Assembly (NCBI GenBank): GCA_947085825.1 | Contig: CAMTXX010000039.1 | Span: forward strand, 12,343-76,342 | DNA length: 64,000 nt | Origin: an uncultured Nitrospira sp. | GTDB lineage: Bacteria > Nitrospirota > Thermodesulfovibrionia > Thermodesulfovibrionales > UBA6898 | Direction: 5' to 3' | Made by a program: the position numbers and the translations under genes | In this document: positions 63,464 through 64,000 of the stretch, piece after piece | Layout: every line of letters begins with the position of its first letter | Numbering within the stretch: position 1 is the stretch's first letter | Notes under the pieces: model-generated | What the model was told of the DNA's origin: nothing | Seen by the model: only the letters and a program-made list of their open reading frames with translations | The model's database searches: none

Positions 63464-63699
63464 TAGATGCCCCTTCCTTTTTCATATGGAAAAAGTGACT
63501 TCCTGGCCTCAGTAAACAGTGAATCATCAATCTGGCTGCCCTTCCATATCCCTCTTAATGAAGACCTTTTGCCTGTCTTTCTTGCGCCTGCCGTAATCTC
63601 CCCGGTCAACAAATGGATAATTTTGTAAATATTCCCCAACTTGTCATCAGGGATTTTTTCGATTTCCTGTAAAATTCTTTCCTTATAGTTCGTCTGCAT
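63463..63699 (-). CDS. VapB-type antitoxin-like protein (partner of the disrupted PIN gene)
   Basis: 78 aa. ILQEIEKIPDDKLGNIYKIIHLL...LRGIWKG. It overlaps the PIN start by 1 nt. AGGAGG RBS. Confidence 0.55.
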   Translation of the reverse strand: MQTNYKERILQEIEKIPDDKLGNIYKIIHLLTGEITAGARKTGKRSSLRGIWKGSQIDDSLFTEARKSLFPYEKGRGI

Positions 63700-63723
63700 A
63701 TCAACCTCCTCTTAGATATATAA

Positions 63724-64000
63724 TTATCTCATAAATTCATCATTGAAAGCCTTGTCAAGAACCGACGGCATAAGGGTTTTGAGTTTTTTCGGGCTGCCAA
63801 GGGCTTTCCATTTAAATATGTTCTTTGTCCCTTTACCTTTACAAGCATCAACCTAACTTGAGCGAAAATATTGTTCTAATTTATCCAATAAATTTTCTGT
63901 TGTCAGTAAATGTTGCGGATTACATCCGACAATATGATCAATATATCGAGGCTGTTTTAATTCGGTCAGCAAGTTTGACTTTTTGTTTCCTTTGCCTGAG
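63724..64000 (-). pseudogene. 3' part of an unidentified gene (runs off the window) with an in-frame TAG; the tail resembles an HsdS C-terminus
   Basis: A single minus-strand frame reads ...GKGNKKSNLLTELKQPRYIDHIVGCNPQHLLTTENLLDKLEQYFRSS*VDACKGKGTKNIFKWKALGSPKKLKTLMPSVLDKAFNDEFMR*. The internal TAG is at 63853-63855. Confidence 0.3.

Noticed and set aside
63251-63855. Stop-codon reassignment or programmed readthrough as the explanation for the in-frame TAA (63251-63253) and TAG (63853-63855).
   Set aside because: TAA, TAG and TGA all terminate well-supported housekeeping genes in this window at family-typical lengths. Pseudogenisation or a sequencing error is the simpler reading.

Overview
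This 64-kb window looks like ordinary, gene-dense chromosome from a bacterium of roughly low-40s %GC (judged by eye). I support about 75 CDS or pseudogenes and 3 tRNAs. I see no rRNA, CRISPR array, transposase, integrase or phage genes.

Most of the window is core housekeeping:
- Translation and ribosome: era, rplU-rpmA-obg-proB, rplI-dnaB, ettA, valS, miaB, mtaB, tadA.
- DNA repair and replication: recO, uvrA, rnhA.
- Secretion: secA, tatA/tatC.
- Proteostasis: clpC.
- Fe-S assembly: two separate cysteine-desulfurase/scaffold systems, nifS-nifU and Rrf2-TusA-iscS-iscU.
- Metabolism: pyrK/pyrD, dapB, nadC, lipA, hom, mdh, ndk, ubiA/ubiX.
- c-di-GMP signalling: PilZ, HD-GYP and GGDEF proteins.

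All three stop codons terminate normal genes, so there is no sign of recoding.

Accessory DNA is limited to two small graveyards of decayed toxin-antitoxin and restriction-modification genes, at about 5.5-6.8 kb and 62.4-64.0 kb.

I do not see a convincing large novel multi-gene system. The best leads are:
- a UvrA that lacks the insertion domain;
- an ApbE / NusG-II / Gx-transporter / YacG operon;
- an MglA-like GTPase with a long C-terminal extension, next to a GGDEF gene;
- a HEAT-repeat / HD-GYP gene pair that share an N-terminal domain;
- a tail-anchored protein made of 15-16-aa repeats, coupled to valS;
- an inositol-phosphate synthase / CDP-alcohol phosphatidyltransferase pair;
- several families of structured intergenic repeats.

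All calls come from reading the translations and DNA by eye. No database search was run.
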